Source: Felis catus
Lineage: Eukaryota
Direction of reading: 5' to 3'
NCBI RefSeq assembly: GCF_018350175.1
Contig: NC_058368.1
Location: forward strand, 176,144,001 to 176,208,000
Length of the DNA stretch: 64,000 bases
Positions 1-13,011 of this stretch are shown here, piece after piece. Both the position numbers and the translations under genes were made by a program. Every line of letters starts with the position of its first letter. Within the stretch, counting starts at the first letter, position 1. Below the pieces are notes generated by a model. That model did no database searches, had not been told where the DNA came from, and saw only the letters and a list, made by a program, of their open reading frames with translations.

Positions 1-83
1 GGCGATCCAGACAGGTCGGGGGTGGCACCCGCTAGGGCTAATTACCTCGCAGGCGCTTTGCGGATCGGGCCGCTCCGACCTGA

Positions 84-758
<675 letters not shown>

Positions 759-1215
759 GGAAGGGCCCTACCTGGGGCGCCCCGACCGATCCCATCTCTA
801 AAGAGGGACACGGACTCTCGGGGGAGGGAGGACCCCCTGACGTGTCTCCGAGTCCCTTGGATTTCACGTTCACTCCCGCAGGGGCCTAGGAGCTTTTTCG
901 GCCCTATGCCCCTTTGTCCCCATGCTCGGGAGAGTTTGTGGCCGCGTTTACAGAGCTTGCGGCGAACGATCCCGCAACCTGGTGCCTCAGCCGTCGTCCC
1001 CTGAGTGCCCTCCAAACGGCCACGGGCACCCCCAACCGGCTGAACACGGGCCAGTTGGGACTGGGAGCCTGGGTGCACCTTTCTTCGAGCCTGGGCCCGG
1101 CGCCCGGGCCCTTGCTGCCTTGCCGCCGCCCACCCACCCGTATTTATGTTTTTACCTGTTGTTGTAAGAAATGAGAATTCCCTTCTCATTAAAGAGAGTG
1201 CGCTGATCCGCATGT
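759..1215 (+). terminator. NKX2-5: NKX2-5 3' UTR with ATTAAA polyadenylation signal (1188-1193)
   Basis: ATTAAA follows a TATTTATGTTTTT U-rich element (1141). GT/T-rich sequence lies downstream (~1213-1226). The cleavage site is approximate. Confidence 0.75.
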
Positions 1216-1255
1216 GTGCTTCTTTCGGCTTGCGGCGCTCGAGAAACTGACTTTT

Positions 1256-1475
1256 GAAGGGATTTTTAAAAATATTTATTTATGTTTGAGAGAGAAGACG
1301 CGCGTGCCCGCAGAGGAGGGGCAGAGAGAGACGGGGCGGGGGGGGGGGCGCAGAGGATCCGAAGGGGGCTCCGCGCTGACTCCAGAGAGTCGGCGGGCCG
1401 TGGGCTTCCAACCGTGAGATCATGACCTGAGCAAAGTCCGAGGCTCAACCGACTGCGCTACCCGCCCCGCCCCCC
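1256..1475 (-). mobile_element. CanSINE (diverged, GC/CpG-rich)
   Basis: T-rich tail, (GA) linker and GTGAGATCATGACCTGAG core. TSD-like AAACTGA(C/A)TTTT at 1244 and 1476. Confidence 0.85.
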
Positions 1476-1550
1476 AAACTGAATTTTAGAAAGCAGAGCG
1501 TGCGTCCTGTCTGGTTTAGAGTTGCAGGTATAGGCATTCACTGAGCAAAT

Positions 1551-1551
<1 letters not shown>

Positions 1552-1593
<42 letters not shown>
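1552..1593. repeat. (GAT)14 microsatellite
   Basis: Perfect trinucleotide run. Confidence 0.95.
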
Positions 1594-3382
1594 AAACAAC
1601 TCATGCTGGGTCCTTTGTTAGATACTTCCTGGCATCGTCTGGTGTAATCTTCAATAATGCCCAAAAAGGAGGTCCGATTTTAAAGTTGGGCAGCTCCTTG
1701 AGAGGTCTAATGACTTGCCTGTGAGTAAACAGCCAGTTGTGGTAGAGGTTCTACTCCAGGTCTCACTTCACAGAGGGCCCTTGCCAGAACTCCCAACCTT
1801 ACCTCCTTGAACCCTACCAGTCCGGCACAACTGAGGGGCTGGGCATTAAATGGAGAGCAAAGGGACCTGGGTCCTAGGCAGTTGGAGCACACCATAATTC
1901 ATCCTGCTTGAAAGAACACCTTAGTCCATTTTACAGTCCCGTTTCTAGATGGGAAAACCTAGAATCGAAAAGCGCTTGTCAAGCTTCCCTGAACTCCCCA
2001 GCCCCGCCAGGAAGAGGGCCTGTGACCCGTGGCCCCAGCCTCACCAGCTGGTAGGCTCCACGGAGAGGTGTCCTGTCCACCTCGCTCACTCCAGCTGTGG
2101 CTGTGCCACAAGAATTCACAGTGTCAGGGAACCTCCCACCCAAACCCCACTGCCGTCCTCTCTTCTCCGCATTTAACGAATTTTGCTATAGTCGTGACCT
2201 GTGAATGCTACCGGCCAGGTTTTACAGATGAGAAACAGGCTCGGCGAAATTAAGCTAAAAACCTGCTCGCTGTGAGACTTGTTCGCTGCACGCCTTGGTT
2301 TCTTCGTCTGTAAAATGTGGATGACAAGAATACCTTGCTCTGAGCCCAGCTCCTACCAGTGCGTCTCTTCTGATTCCAGCCTCCAGGGTTGGAGGAACTA
2401 ACTGCGCTTCTTAAAGGGGATGAAAGGGCGGGGGTGGGGGGAGGGTGGGGGGGAGGAGTCCGAGCTTTGAGTTCTAGTGGAATATAGGTTTTTCTGAGAT
2501 TTCTCCCCAGGAATCGCTGGGCTGGCCTCGTGGGGCTTAAGGCATTTGGCGTAGAACTGGTCGCAGCCAAAATATTGCTTGCAGCCTTCAGGGACCCAAC
2601 GCGACTCATGTGCCCTAGCGCCGGGAAGAGTCGCCACGCCAAGCCAACCAGGAGCCCTTCTGCTGATGTGCTGGGGCCCATGCAGCACTGCCAATGCCTG
2701 TCCTGTCGTCTCTTTGGGTAAGTGTTGCCCTCAGACCCGCCACACCCTGCCAGTGGAAGACGGGAAGATGCCAAGAGGTTCCAAACGCTACCGCTTTCTG
2801 GGAGCCGTGCGAGGTGCTGAGCTGGATGCCACGGGGAGCACACAATCCATCATCGCAGGGTTCTGCACTTGGCTTTGTGAAGAAGGGGAAACGGCTGAGC
2901 TCAGGGCTTGGCTTTGGGCCCCCGGATTTATTCCCTCTGCTCTAAGGTCCAAGCCAGGCTGGCCAGCGCCACGGGGAAGAGGATGTGTTCAGTTCAGTCC
3001 CAGCGTTCCTTGCTCTGGGCCTATGACTCTGCTTTGTGCCTTTACCTCCAGCGTGTTGGGTGCTCCCTATCCCTCTCAGTGATGCATGCCTTGGTCCCAT
3101 CTCCTAGAGGGGCACACTGAGGCTCCGCCAGGCCACCAGACCAGCTCTGAAGCCCGATGGCACTCCCCTACCATGCATACCTGGCCCACAGGCGGCCTAA
3201 CTCACACACTCACGAAAATTCTTCTATCTGGAATTCACGCATGTTTGAGCTCTTAATCAGATCAGCGTATTTGCCCACAACCTCCTGGGGTCCTACACAT
3301 TCATTGGCCTTTTTCATCTTACACAGGTCTACGGTAACATTAGAGAGAATATTTCTTTCAGTTAACATTATACAGTGAGGAT

Positions 3383-3496
3383 TTTTCTTTTTTAAAATTA
3401 ATTAGTTTAAGTAACCTCTACCCCAACCTGGGGTTTGAACTCACCACGGTAGATCAAAAGTCCATGTTCTGCGGACTGAGCCAGCTAGACACCCCT
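3383..3496 (-). mobile_element. Short (older) CanSINE
   Basis: T-rich tail, then TAAGTAACCTCTACCCCAAC...TTGAACTCAC...GACTGAGCCAGC...ACCCC. Confidence 0.75.
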
Positions 3497-3899
3497 CGTG
3501 AGGATTTTTCTATGATGACTCTCTGTCCTGTCCCTCCAGGGACCAGCTGAGTGACTGCAATGTCTGTCACAAACGGTTAACAATACCTGGCTGGCACTGG
3601 GCTTGTCAATTGCCGGGACTCCCGACTAAATAAACGCTTTATAGGAGTTCTCTAATCCATCTTAATTTGCAAACGATGAAACTGAGGGCCTGAGGTTACG
3701 GTAATGGTCAAGGTCATACATTTCCCCAGCGTGGAGCTGGGAAACCCATCAGGCTTGTACTGAGTGGCAGCGGGGGTTCCATGGTGAAGAAACACGAGCC
3801 TGCCACGTTAGGTGGCTCTCTTCCAGAAAGGTGCAGCGGGACCCTGCTTCTGGCCAAGTCACAGAGCCGACCCCACTCTCTCACCAGGACGGTGAAGAG

Positions 3900-4720
3900 T
3901 CTCAGGCTTCATATTCAGGCTCGTTATGCGGTAAACTGTAGTGCGTGGAGTTCAGGGAAGCGCCGGCCGAGGGTGTCGGATCCGGAAGCCAGGGGGCGGG
4001 GACCCGCAGGGTCAGAAGTATCCTAAACGCCCGCGTTTACACAGCGATCCCTTCCCAAATTAAATCCGTAGCGTTTGTTTTGTTTTTCAAGTATTACACA
4101 AACGACGCGCGCAGCGAGAAAATTGAACCAGGACAGAAAATTAAGAAACAGATGAGAAGTGCGGGCCACCTCCGAGGTGGCACAGTGCTCAAGGATTGGG
4201 GTGGCGCAGGCAGGTGCCGCATTCCGGAAATTATTATATTTAATAATTTTTTAAAAAATCAAAGAAGGACGCCCCGGTTAAAAAAACAATGAGAGAGGGG
4301 GCACCTGGGTGGCTCAGTCGGTTAAACGTTGTACTTCGGCTCAGGTCATGATCTCACCGTTTGCGGGTTTGAGCCCCACGTCGCGCTGTGTGCTGACAGC
4401 TCGGAGCGTGGAACCTGCTTCGGATTCTGTGTCTCCCTCGCTCTCTGCCCCTCCCTCGCTCACGCTGTCTCTTTCAAATATAAATAAATATTTTAAAAAG
4501 TTAAAGCAAACAAAACAATGAGAGCTACAAGGTGATATAGGAAAAGAGCTGGCTTCCGGGGCTCGGATGGAGTGGTAACCACAGAGCGGCGCCGCCCCGG
4601 CGCAGGCTGGCGGAGGAGACGCGCGGCTGGGGTCTCACTCGGAAAGAGGCCAGACTACCCCGCCCTTCCCAGTGAAGCCGCACTCTGCCCGGAGGTCCTC
4701 TGGCCTCCTTGCATTATTCC
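3900..4720. promoter_or_regulatory. Secondary CpG-rich region ~3 kb downstream of NKX2-5
   Basis: CpG-dense segments at 3940-4120 and 4550-4700, with GC boxes and CCGGAAG motifs. Confidence 0.6.
4297..4511 (+). mobile_element. CanSINE
   Basis: GGGGCACCTGGGTGGCTCAGTCGGTTAA head and A-rich tail. TSD AAAACAATGAGAG at 4283-4295 and 4512-4524. Confidence 0.95.
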
Positions 4721-5327
4721 CAGCTAACAGATAAAGCTTTTGCCAAATCAGAATAGCTCCTGTTTTCTTATTTTGTACAGACACCTCTTAAATCAACACC
4801 ATGTTGTGTATCTCAATACCTGTCTTGAAAAGGAGGCACAGAACCCGCAGGGATCGCTGCAGACCCCGGACCCTGGCAACAGCCAGGAACCCTACCCCGC
4901 CCCTTGCCTCCTCTGGGACGTCTTCCAAACTCAGGACTCAGGCTCAAGGCCCTGTACGGGAGGCGCAGTCCCAGGTCTTGCCTACTTGCCCCTCACACTG
5001 GGCTCCTGGAAAAGGGGGCCCGTGGCTTGGGTTTCATTTATTTATCACTGTTGGCACAATACCACCTGCCAGGCACTGTCCTGAGCTCTTTACAAAATGG
5101 ACCCATCTAATCCTCTTTCACATGTCTGAGTTCTTCTGCTGAGGAAATAGATGAAAAATCATTCTTAGGTTCAGAGAGGAGGAGTAACTCACCCAAGGTC
5201 ACACAGCTGGTCAGTGCCAGAGCTTGGTTAAAAAACAAAACAAAACAAAACAAAAACCTAGGGAGGCTGGTTCTGAAACCTGAGCGCACAGCATCCTCCC
5301 ACCCCCAGTTCAAAGAGTGGGCAACAA

Positions 5328-5530
5328 GGGGGCGCCTAGGCGGCTCAGTCCGTGAAACCTCCGACTTTGGCTCAGGTCATGATCTCGCGGGTTTGGGAGT
5401 TCATTTGAGCCCCGCATCAGGCTCTCTGCTGCCAGTGCAGAGCTGCTTAGGCTCCTGTCTGCCTCTCTCTCTGCCTCTCCCCCTCTCGTGCACGCTGTCT
5501 CTCAAAAGTAGATAAACATTTTTTCGAAAA
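5328..5530 (+). mobile_element. CanSINE
   Basis: tRNA-derived head, CT linker and tail. Confidence 0.9.
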
Positions 5531-7192
5531 GAGAGGGGAAAAAGAAATGTTTGTCAACTGATTAAAGAGTACAGTAATAATATTAGCTAATGATTCTTTG
5601 AAGGCTTTTATGTACCAGGCATAACATGCCTATGAAATGGGTGCAATTAGTCTTCGCTTGGGGCAGGAGAGGAAAAGAGCACAGAGATGTGACCCACCCA
5701 AGATCTCCTAGTGGGGGAGGCATTGCAGCTGGGATTCCAGGGGGGCAATCACCCCTCGCCCCACTCAGCGGCATCTCAGGAGACTTTACCGCAGAACAGG
5801 GTGGAAAATGAGCACCCCTCACAGCCTGGTCACCCAGAGCCACCACAGGCTCCTTACCCTGCTGCAACCCACAGCTGCATGGGATAACAATACATATTAT
5901 TGCCTAACATCTGTTCATGCTTGCTTTGTGCCAGGCCTAGGGCTAAGTGCTAACCCCGCAAATCTCATTCTGTTATTTCCCAAGGAGGAAACTGAAACCC
6001 AAAGAAGTTAAGGACACTGCCTCTCTAAGGCCACTCTGCTAGTGTGGACCGGGGGGGAGCCCGTGCTCGAATCAGACGACGACGCCTGTAGAATCCTGGC
6101 TCTTTAAACCATTGTCAGCAGTTGTCCGACTTGCCAGAGGACACAACCTGCTGGAGGCTGGAACAAACCCAAACCCCTGCCTGCCCTGACTCCCTTGAAT
6201 TGGACTCCCAGGGACAGAGCCTGGAAAACCGCATTTGTAACCAGGTGATTCTCATCATCTGGCAAGTTGCAGAACTGCAGCTCACAGAGGCCCCCAGACC
6301 CTCCAGGGTCTGGTTCTGGAGGACCTGGGAGAAACTGGAGTCAGATTTCCCCTCTCTAGGTCCTGCTCTTCCATCCCAGGGTCTCCGTGTGTCTGCCGTG
6401 ATACAGTGGTTGTGCAGCAGCCAGGCAGCGTCGGGAATCCTGGGAGCAGGGAGGAGGGCAGAAAGAGGTAGAACTGAGGGGGTTGAGGTTGGGAGAGGTA
6501 CTCTGGGACACACTTGTCTTGGCCCAGACCACAAAGCCACCCCTGTGGGCTATACAACCCAGGGCCTGCCAGTACTGCATAGGAGAGAAGAGAAATTTGG
6601 GGGGATTATTCAGAGACAGTCCATCCGTTCCTCCAGGCTCTAAGCTCCACCCTGGGGTCCCACAGGAAGGGGAGTAGAGGGAAACCAGCCTCAAGAGGGA
6701 TTTATAGTGTGCCAGGCTTTCCACTGGCCCTCTGTGTGAGGCCATCAAAGCCCCACAATTAATTGGTCATCATGGGCTCCATTTTACCGATGTAGAAAGT
6801 GAGGCTTTAAAAGGTTTTGTCAGTTGCCCTGTTCCAACAGTTAGGAAGTAGTCAAGTTGAGTTCTAACACCAAACCCTCGTCTTTCCAGTACACCCCGCC
6901 CCCCAATTATCCTCACCCCACCCAGATTCCAGTTTACAGAAATCTCGATTGAAGCATTGACTCGCATTGGCTCCAACTGGTTTCCTCTATCCCCAACTTT
7001 TTAGGAGAGGTTTTGTTTTTTTTTTTAAGCTGCTATATAGAAAGGAGTTCTTATTTGCAATGAATGCAACAGTTATCATTCATTATTGTTCTTCTGGAGC
7101 CCTCCATAAATCCCCATGCAATTTCAACAATAGGAAATATATCTTGCTAATGACCTTAGTTTAGCTCTCTCCTTACAAATTAAAAAGAATAG

Positions 7193-7417
7193 GGGCACCT
7201 GGATGGTTCAGTAGGTGAAGCATCTGACCTCAGCTCAGGTCGTGATCTCATGGTTCGTGAGTTTGAGCCCCATGTCGGGCTCTGAGCCGACAGCTCAGAG
7301 CCTGGCGCCTGCTTCAGATTCTGTGTCTCCCTCTCTCTCTCTGCCTTTCCCCCCACTTGTGCTCTGTCTCTCAAAAATAAATAAATAAACATTTTTAAAA
7401 ATTAAAAAAAAAACAAC
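7193..7417 (+). mobile_element. CanSINE
   Basis: [16 protein letters not shown] at 7180-7192 and 7418-7430. Confidence 0.95.
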
Positions 7418-7899
7418 TTAAAAAGAATAGTTTCCCCTTTTCTCCAACTCCAGGCAAATATGACGCTCAGTTATCATCATGTTTGTCCTCACTGGTGGTT
7501 ATTTGACTTACTTCCATGATCTAGAGTTCCTAGCCACCTAGATAAGGATCTAAGAGGCATTTGGAAAGATCTGAGGTTTAGAACATGTCAATAAAGAAAT
7601 GATGGTTTAAAAGGTCCCTAAGTAATCCCAATCAAAATGGTAGTAGTGCGTATGTGTATAATGCAGCTTGACAAGCTGATTAGAAAATTCACATGGAACT
7701 GTAAAGAAAAGCCAAGATGCTCTTCAATAAGGAATAAGGAAAACAAGGGGGGGAGGTTCTTTCCCCGTCAGTTAACATGGTAGTTAACCCGGTGTGGTTT
7801 TGGCACAAGGGCAGACAAATGAACCAATGGAACAGAACAGGGCACCTAGAATCATATCTATACATGTATGATCCATAATACAGTAATGGATCATGTGGA

Positions 7900-8104
7900 T
7901 TTTTTTTTTTTTACATTTATTTATTTCTGAGAGACAAAGCACAAGTGTGGGAGGAGCAGAGAGAAAGAGACACAGAATCCAAAACAGGCTCCAGGCTCCG
8001 AGCTGTCAGCACAGAGCCCGACATGGGGCTCGGGCTCACAAACCAGGAGATCATGACCTGAGCCAAAGTCAGAGGCTTAACCAACTGAGCCATCCTGGCG
8101 CTCC
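7900..8104 (-). mobile_element. CanSINE
   Basis: Poly-T tail, GA linker and GAGATCATGACCTGAG core. Confidence 0.92.
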
Positions 8105-8112
8105 CACAGTTA

Positions 8113-8319
8113 CTTTTTTTTTAAAGTTTTTATTTATTTATTTTGAGAGACAGACTACAAGCAGGGGAGGGGCAGAGAGAGAGGAAGAATCCCAACCAAG
8201 ATCCACGTGCTATCAGTGCAGAGCTCAACGCGGGGCTTGAACTCATGAACTGTGAGATTATGACCTGAGCCAAAATCAAGGGTCGGACACTCAACCGACT
8301 GAGCCACCCAGGTGCCCCC
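8113..8319 (-). mobile_element. CanSINE (tandem with the previous one)
   Basis: Poly-T tail; ends GACTGAGCCACCCAGGTGCCCC. Confidence 0.92.
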
Positions 8320-8649
8320 ATAACACAATTATTTTTGCAGATCGGTGGGGAAAGGGTGGACTTTCCTAGAAAACAGTGCTTCATGAGACAAAAAACAAAT
8401 GAAATTAGACTCCTACCTCACACCATTCATGAAAACGAAATCAAGATTAATGAAACCTATATAACACTTAGAAGGCAACGTAGGAAAAAATTTTATGACC
8501 TTCTGGTAGGAAAAGGTTACTTAAATATAACACCAAAACACATAAACTTAAAGGAAAAGATTGTCTCCGGTAGATATTGGCAATGCACATAGCCAACAGA
8601 ACATTAGTATACAGAATATATAATGAAATCCTAACACAATTCCTCAACA

Positions 8650-9027
8650 CCACACTCCAGGCCTCTTTGGCTTCCTTGCTGTTTGCCACACAAACATGGC
8701 ACATACCCCTGCCTCAGGGCCATTACATTGGCTGTTCTCTTTGTCTGGAATGACGTTCTCTCAGATATTTGTCTGGCTAATGCCTCATCTGTTTTAAGTT
8801 TTTACTCCAATGTCCTTATCATAAGGCCGACCCTGACTACTCTGTTTAAAATTGCACACACATCCCCCCCTCCCACACACACATCCTCCTGGCAGTCCCT
8901 ATTTTTTTTCCTTTAACCCTTGTCACCTTTTAATGTGCTTTTTTGTTTAGTGATGTATCCCAAGCATATAGAAGGGTACTTGGCACTTGTAGATGCTTAA
9001 TAAAATGTGATGAATGAATAAATGAAG
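8650..9027 (+). mobile_element. L2 3' fragment
   Basis: CCTGCCTCAGGGCC...GCTGTTC...TCTGGAATG and terminal GTAGATGCTTAATAAAATGTGATGAATGAATAAATGAA. Confidence 0.75.
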
Positions 9028-10619
9028 ACAAATTATCCAAAAGGGAAGAGTGGACAAGTGAAATGAACAGGAATTTCATGGAGAAGGAAGTACAAATGTC
9101 CTCAAAATATATAAATACAATTAATCTATTCATTAATTAGAAAAACAAAAAGTCATGATGAGGTACTATAATTCACCCGCCAGACTGGCAAAAATCAGCC
9201 ATTAGTAGCAGAAATTGGGAAAATAAGCATCATTGGGAACTATCCCTCTGAAAGAGGCATTACCAAGTAGAAAGCCTTTAGAAGACAGTTTGGCACAACT
9301 TAGTAAAGCTGAATAAAAGCCTCCCTTAGATCCAGCAATTCTATTTCTAGGCACATATCCCAGGGGTATTCTTATATATGTGCACCCAGAGACATATGTA
9401 ATTATGTGGTTAAGTTCAAAATAGCTTTGTGTGTAACAGTATGGACTAGAAACAACCCAAATGCCTATCAGCAGTTGGATGGAAGAATCACACAGTGGAA
9501 TATTATACACCAGTGAAAATGTAGGTACCACAGCCACACTTGTCAACATGAATCAATCTCAGAGATGAATCAGTGCTCAAAGGTGAGCAAAAGAAGCAAG
9601 ACACCAAAGAATACAGACAATGAGATTCCATTTACATAATGGTGAAAATGGGCAAAACAAAATGACGTATTAGTTAGGATGTGCACCTAGATGTCAAAAC
9701 TATAAAGAAAAGCAAGTGAATGATGAACTCAAAATTCAAAGAGTGGTTGCCTCAGGGGGAGAGAGAGAGAGAAATGCAACTGGGGGGAGCTTTCAGTGGG
9801 GACTTGTGGGGTATGGCCATGGCCTATTTCCTGGTCTGGGTGATGAGTACTCAGTTCATTTCATCCTTCTTTAAACTATACATATATATGCTCTTTATTT
9901 TTATTTTATTATTATTTAACTTTCCAATATGATTTACAGTGAAGTGCATAAATCTTACATGGTCAACTAAATTTTGCAAATTATAACACTCCTTTGTGTA
10001 CATATGTAAAATGCTATATTTCACAATTTTAAAATACATGCCCCAAATCAATCATAATGTCCTCAATTTAGGGACTTAGCCTTAGAATAAGGAGGCTCTG
10101 CCCAAGACATATTTCAAAGTGAAAGAAAGCAAGATAAAAACTGTTTCCAGGAGGGTCTCAGGTATGTCAAAAAATAGTGTATACTTATTATTTCATATTA
10201 TATGCTATTATGAATATTCTTTATATTGTCTAATGATCAACATTTTCCAGCTGTCAAATGTTATTTAGCCTGCTGTGCACTGAGCCCTTTCAAGCCGTAT
10301 GCCCATTCGGGCCGCTGACAATTCTGTGAAATTAACCCAGGTACTGTTTCAACTGAGGACAGAGAGGCGAAGTGAATTAACTGAGGACAGGGCCGAAGTG
10401 AATCAAGTCACTCAGCTACAGGCTGCAACCCTCCCCCCTCGCTCACAACAAACCAGGGCGGGGGGTGGGGTGAAGTGGGAAGTAAATACGCCAACACGTG
10501 CCTGGCGCCTGGCGAGTAGTAATCTTAAATTTTATACGAGGAAGGCTTCCTTAGGACTTCAAATCATTCAAGCCTGGGTTGCAGTAGGATTAAATGGAAA
10601 GTGCAATTCATATATCAAG

Positions 10620-10839
10620 TTTTTTTTTTAATTAAAAAAAATGCTTTTTATTTAATTTTGAGGGGTGGGGGGAGAACAAGCAGGGGAGGGGCAGAGGGAG
10701 AGGGAGACACAGAATCTGAAGCAGGCTCCAGGCTCTGACCTTCAGCACGGAGCCCGACGCGGGGCTCGAACTCACAAACTGTGAGATCATAACCTGAGCC
10801 GAAGTCAGGCACTTAACCAACTGAGCCACCCAGGGGCCT
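10620..10839 (-). mobile_element. CanSINE
   Basis: Typical body. TSD-like CATAT(A/T)TCAAGTTTT on both flanks. Confidence 0.93.
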
Positions 10840-11015
10840 CCATATTTCAAGTTTTGCACCTAAAGGGAAATGATTATTTTTGGTATTATACTACTTCAAA
10901 AGCACAGGATGCAATTTATATACAACATAAGATACAAACTCTGATTTCTTTACATTCGAAGTCTACTATAATAAGCATCAGAAACAAAATCAAAGTTTAA
11001 AAATATAAATACGTA

Positions 11016-11147
11016 GGGGCACCTGGGTGGCTCAGTATGTTGTGTATCTAACTCTTGATCTCAGCTCAGGTCTTGATCTCAGGGCTTGAGTTCAAGCCCC
11101 ACGTTGGGCTCCATGCTGGGTGTGAAGCCAACTTAAGAAAAAAAAAA
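11016..11147 (+). mobile_element. Short CanSINE
   Basis: GGGGCACCTGGGTGGCTCAG head and A tail. Confidence 0.88.
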
Positions 11148-12089
11148 TAGAGACAGCAGTAGGTGGAGGCCCTCTTGGTGAACCAAGAGGCCTGGTAACT
11201 ATGAGCTAGAGATCACGGCCAGACAGAGAGAAAGGAGTGCATTATCCTTCCTAGAAATGGTGGTGTGTTTGCTCATTGTCTCCATTGCTACAGTGGAAGT
11301 TCCATGAGGGTAGGGGTTTGGGATTCTCAAGGTCTGGGACAGTTCCTGGCATAATGTGGACTAAATATTGACCATGAAGTGCTTTTACATTCATCCTCAG
11401 TCTCCCAAACTTGACCATCATGCTGAGATGTTTCTGAGATATCAGAAACACAACACCCAAGCCCATGCCCTGGGGATTCCAATTCAGCCCAATTTCCAGG
11501 ATGAGGCCCCAGAAACCAGGCTGATCCCAGAGTTTGGGCAACATGGCTGTGGTCTGTGCTGGAACCTGAAGAATATCTGGGGGTATGAGTCTTACTTCCA
11601 AGGACTTCAGCCTTGATTCTCCCAGAGTCAAGAGATGTCCAGCCTTGGAGATGTCCAAGGCTGTCCAGCCTTGTCCAAGTCTAAAGTCCAAGATGTCCAG
11701 CCTTGACCAGTCTAGAAGAAAGTCTTTAAGAGGAAGGGAGAAGTGTCTGTGTTTCAAAAGAGTTTGTTTAAAAGAATCAAAAAGCACCACAACACTGTAT
11801 CAGGGTCATTATCCAAATCACTTGGCCTAGGTTTCATAAGAAATCAAAAGTCCTCAGAAAATAAAAAATAATGACTAACAAATTGACAACTTTAAAAAGT
11901 AGGCCTCATTTAAACAGCATTTTCACATCTACATACACACTCTAGAGAAATTCTTGCAAATGTGTACCTGGAGAACCATTGCCATTAGATCAAAGTCCCC
12001 CAAGCATCCCCCAGTAGCAGTCTGTCAGCACCAGTGCAACTCCATAAGGCCACTCAATTATAAAATGAAACAATAAATCCCACAAAACA

Positions 12090-12815
12090 TGTAGGATTTC
12101 AATTTTAAAATGAACAAAGGACTTGTATAGACATTCCTCCAAAGAAGACATACAAATGGCCAATAAACACATGAAAAGATGCTCCAATATCATTCATCAT
12201 TAAGGAAATGTAAATCAAAATCACAACGAGACACCATTTTGCACCCATTAAGGTGGCTACTATCAAAAGAACAGAAAATAACACGTTGTCGGTAAGGAGG
12301 TGGAGAAACGCGGCCATGTAAAATGGCGCAGCACCTGTGGAAAACAGTGTGGCAATTCCTCAAAACTGAAACATGGAAGATCCATTTGATCCAGCAGTTC
12401 TACATCAAGATATACACCCAAAAGAGGTAAAAGGAGAGACTCAGACAGACATTTGCACACTAATGTTTACAGCAGCATTATTCACAATAGCTAAGAGAAG
12501 CAATCCCAGTGTTCATCAGTGAATGAATGAATAAATGTGCTATATATACATATAATGAAATATAATGAAGCCTTAAAAAGGAAGGGAATTCGATACGTGC
12601 TACAACATGAGTGAACCTTGGAGACCTTATGCGATGTGAAATAAGCCAGACACAAAAGAACAGATATTGTATGGTTCCGCTCATAGGAGGACCTAGAGTA
12701 GTGAGATTTATAGAGGTAGAAAGTACAATGGTGGTTGCCGTGGGGCTGGGGGGAGGAGGAATGGGAAATTAGCATTTAATGGATACAGAGTTTTAGTGTG
12801 GGAAAACTAAAATGG
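12090..12815 (+). mobile_element. Old L1 (L1MB-like) 3' fragment
   Basis: TCCAAAGAAGACATACAAATGGCCAATAAACACATGAAAAGATGCTC ... GAAATAAGCCAGACACAAAAG ... TTTAATGGATACAGAGTTT. Confidence 0.85.
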
Positions 12816-13011
12816 CATATTAATAAAGTGTTCACCGTAATATCATTTTCAAGACAAAAAAATTGGAAACAACCTAAATATCCACCAATAAGCAACAAAA
12901 TAAATGGTACATCCATGCAGTGAAACAGTATGTACTTATAATACAAAGAGTAAGGTGCTTCACTAACTGATAATGGAGCCAACTCCAAAAATTATTTTAA
13001 AAAGCAAGGTG

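Larger units (their letters stand above)
7620..10030 (+). mobile_element. Ancient L1 (L1M/L1ME-like) ORF2 3' part and 3' UTR, interrupted by two CanSINEs and an L2 fragment
   Basis: Colinear degenerate L1 motifs: AATCCCAATCAAAAT, TGGCACAAGGGCAGACAAATGAACCAATGGAACAGAA, GATCCAGCAATTCTATTTCTAGG, AAACAACCCAAATGCC. Confidence 0.75.

Noticed and set aside
2250..3082. Long ORFs of 167-197 aa downstream of NKX2-5
   Set aside because: No protein similarity or codon bias; consistent with chance in GC-rich DNA.
4309..4521. Recurrent [16 protein letters not shown]... ORFs, here and at many other loci
   Set aside because: These are translations of CanSINE bodies, not a gene family.
6115..6748. Overlapping 130-173 aa ORFs
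   Set aside because: They start in a probable MER5-like remnant and show no coding signature.
11251..11790. 179-aa minus-strand ORF
   Set aside because: It spans repeat remnants and local short repeats; no recognisable protein.
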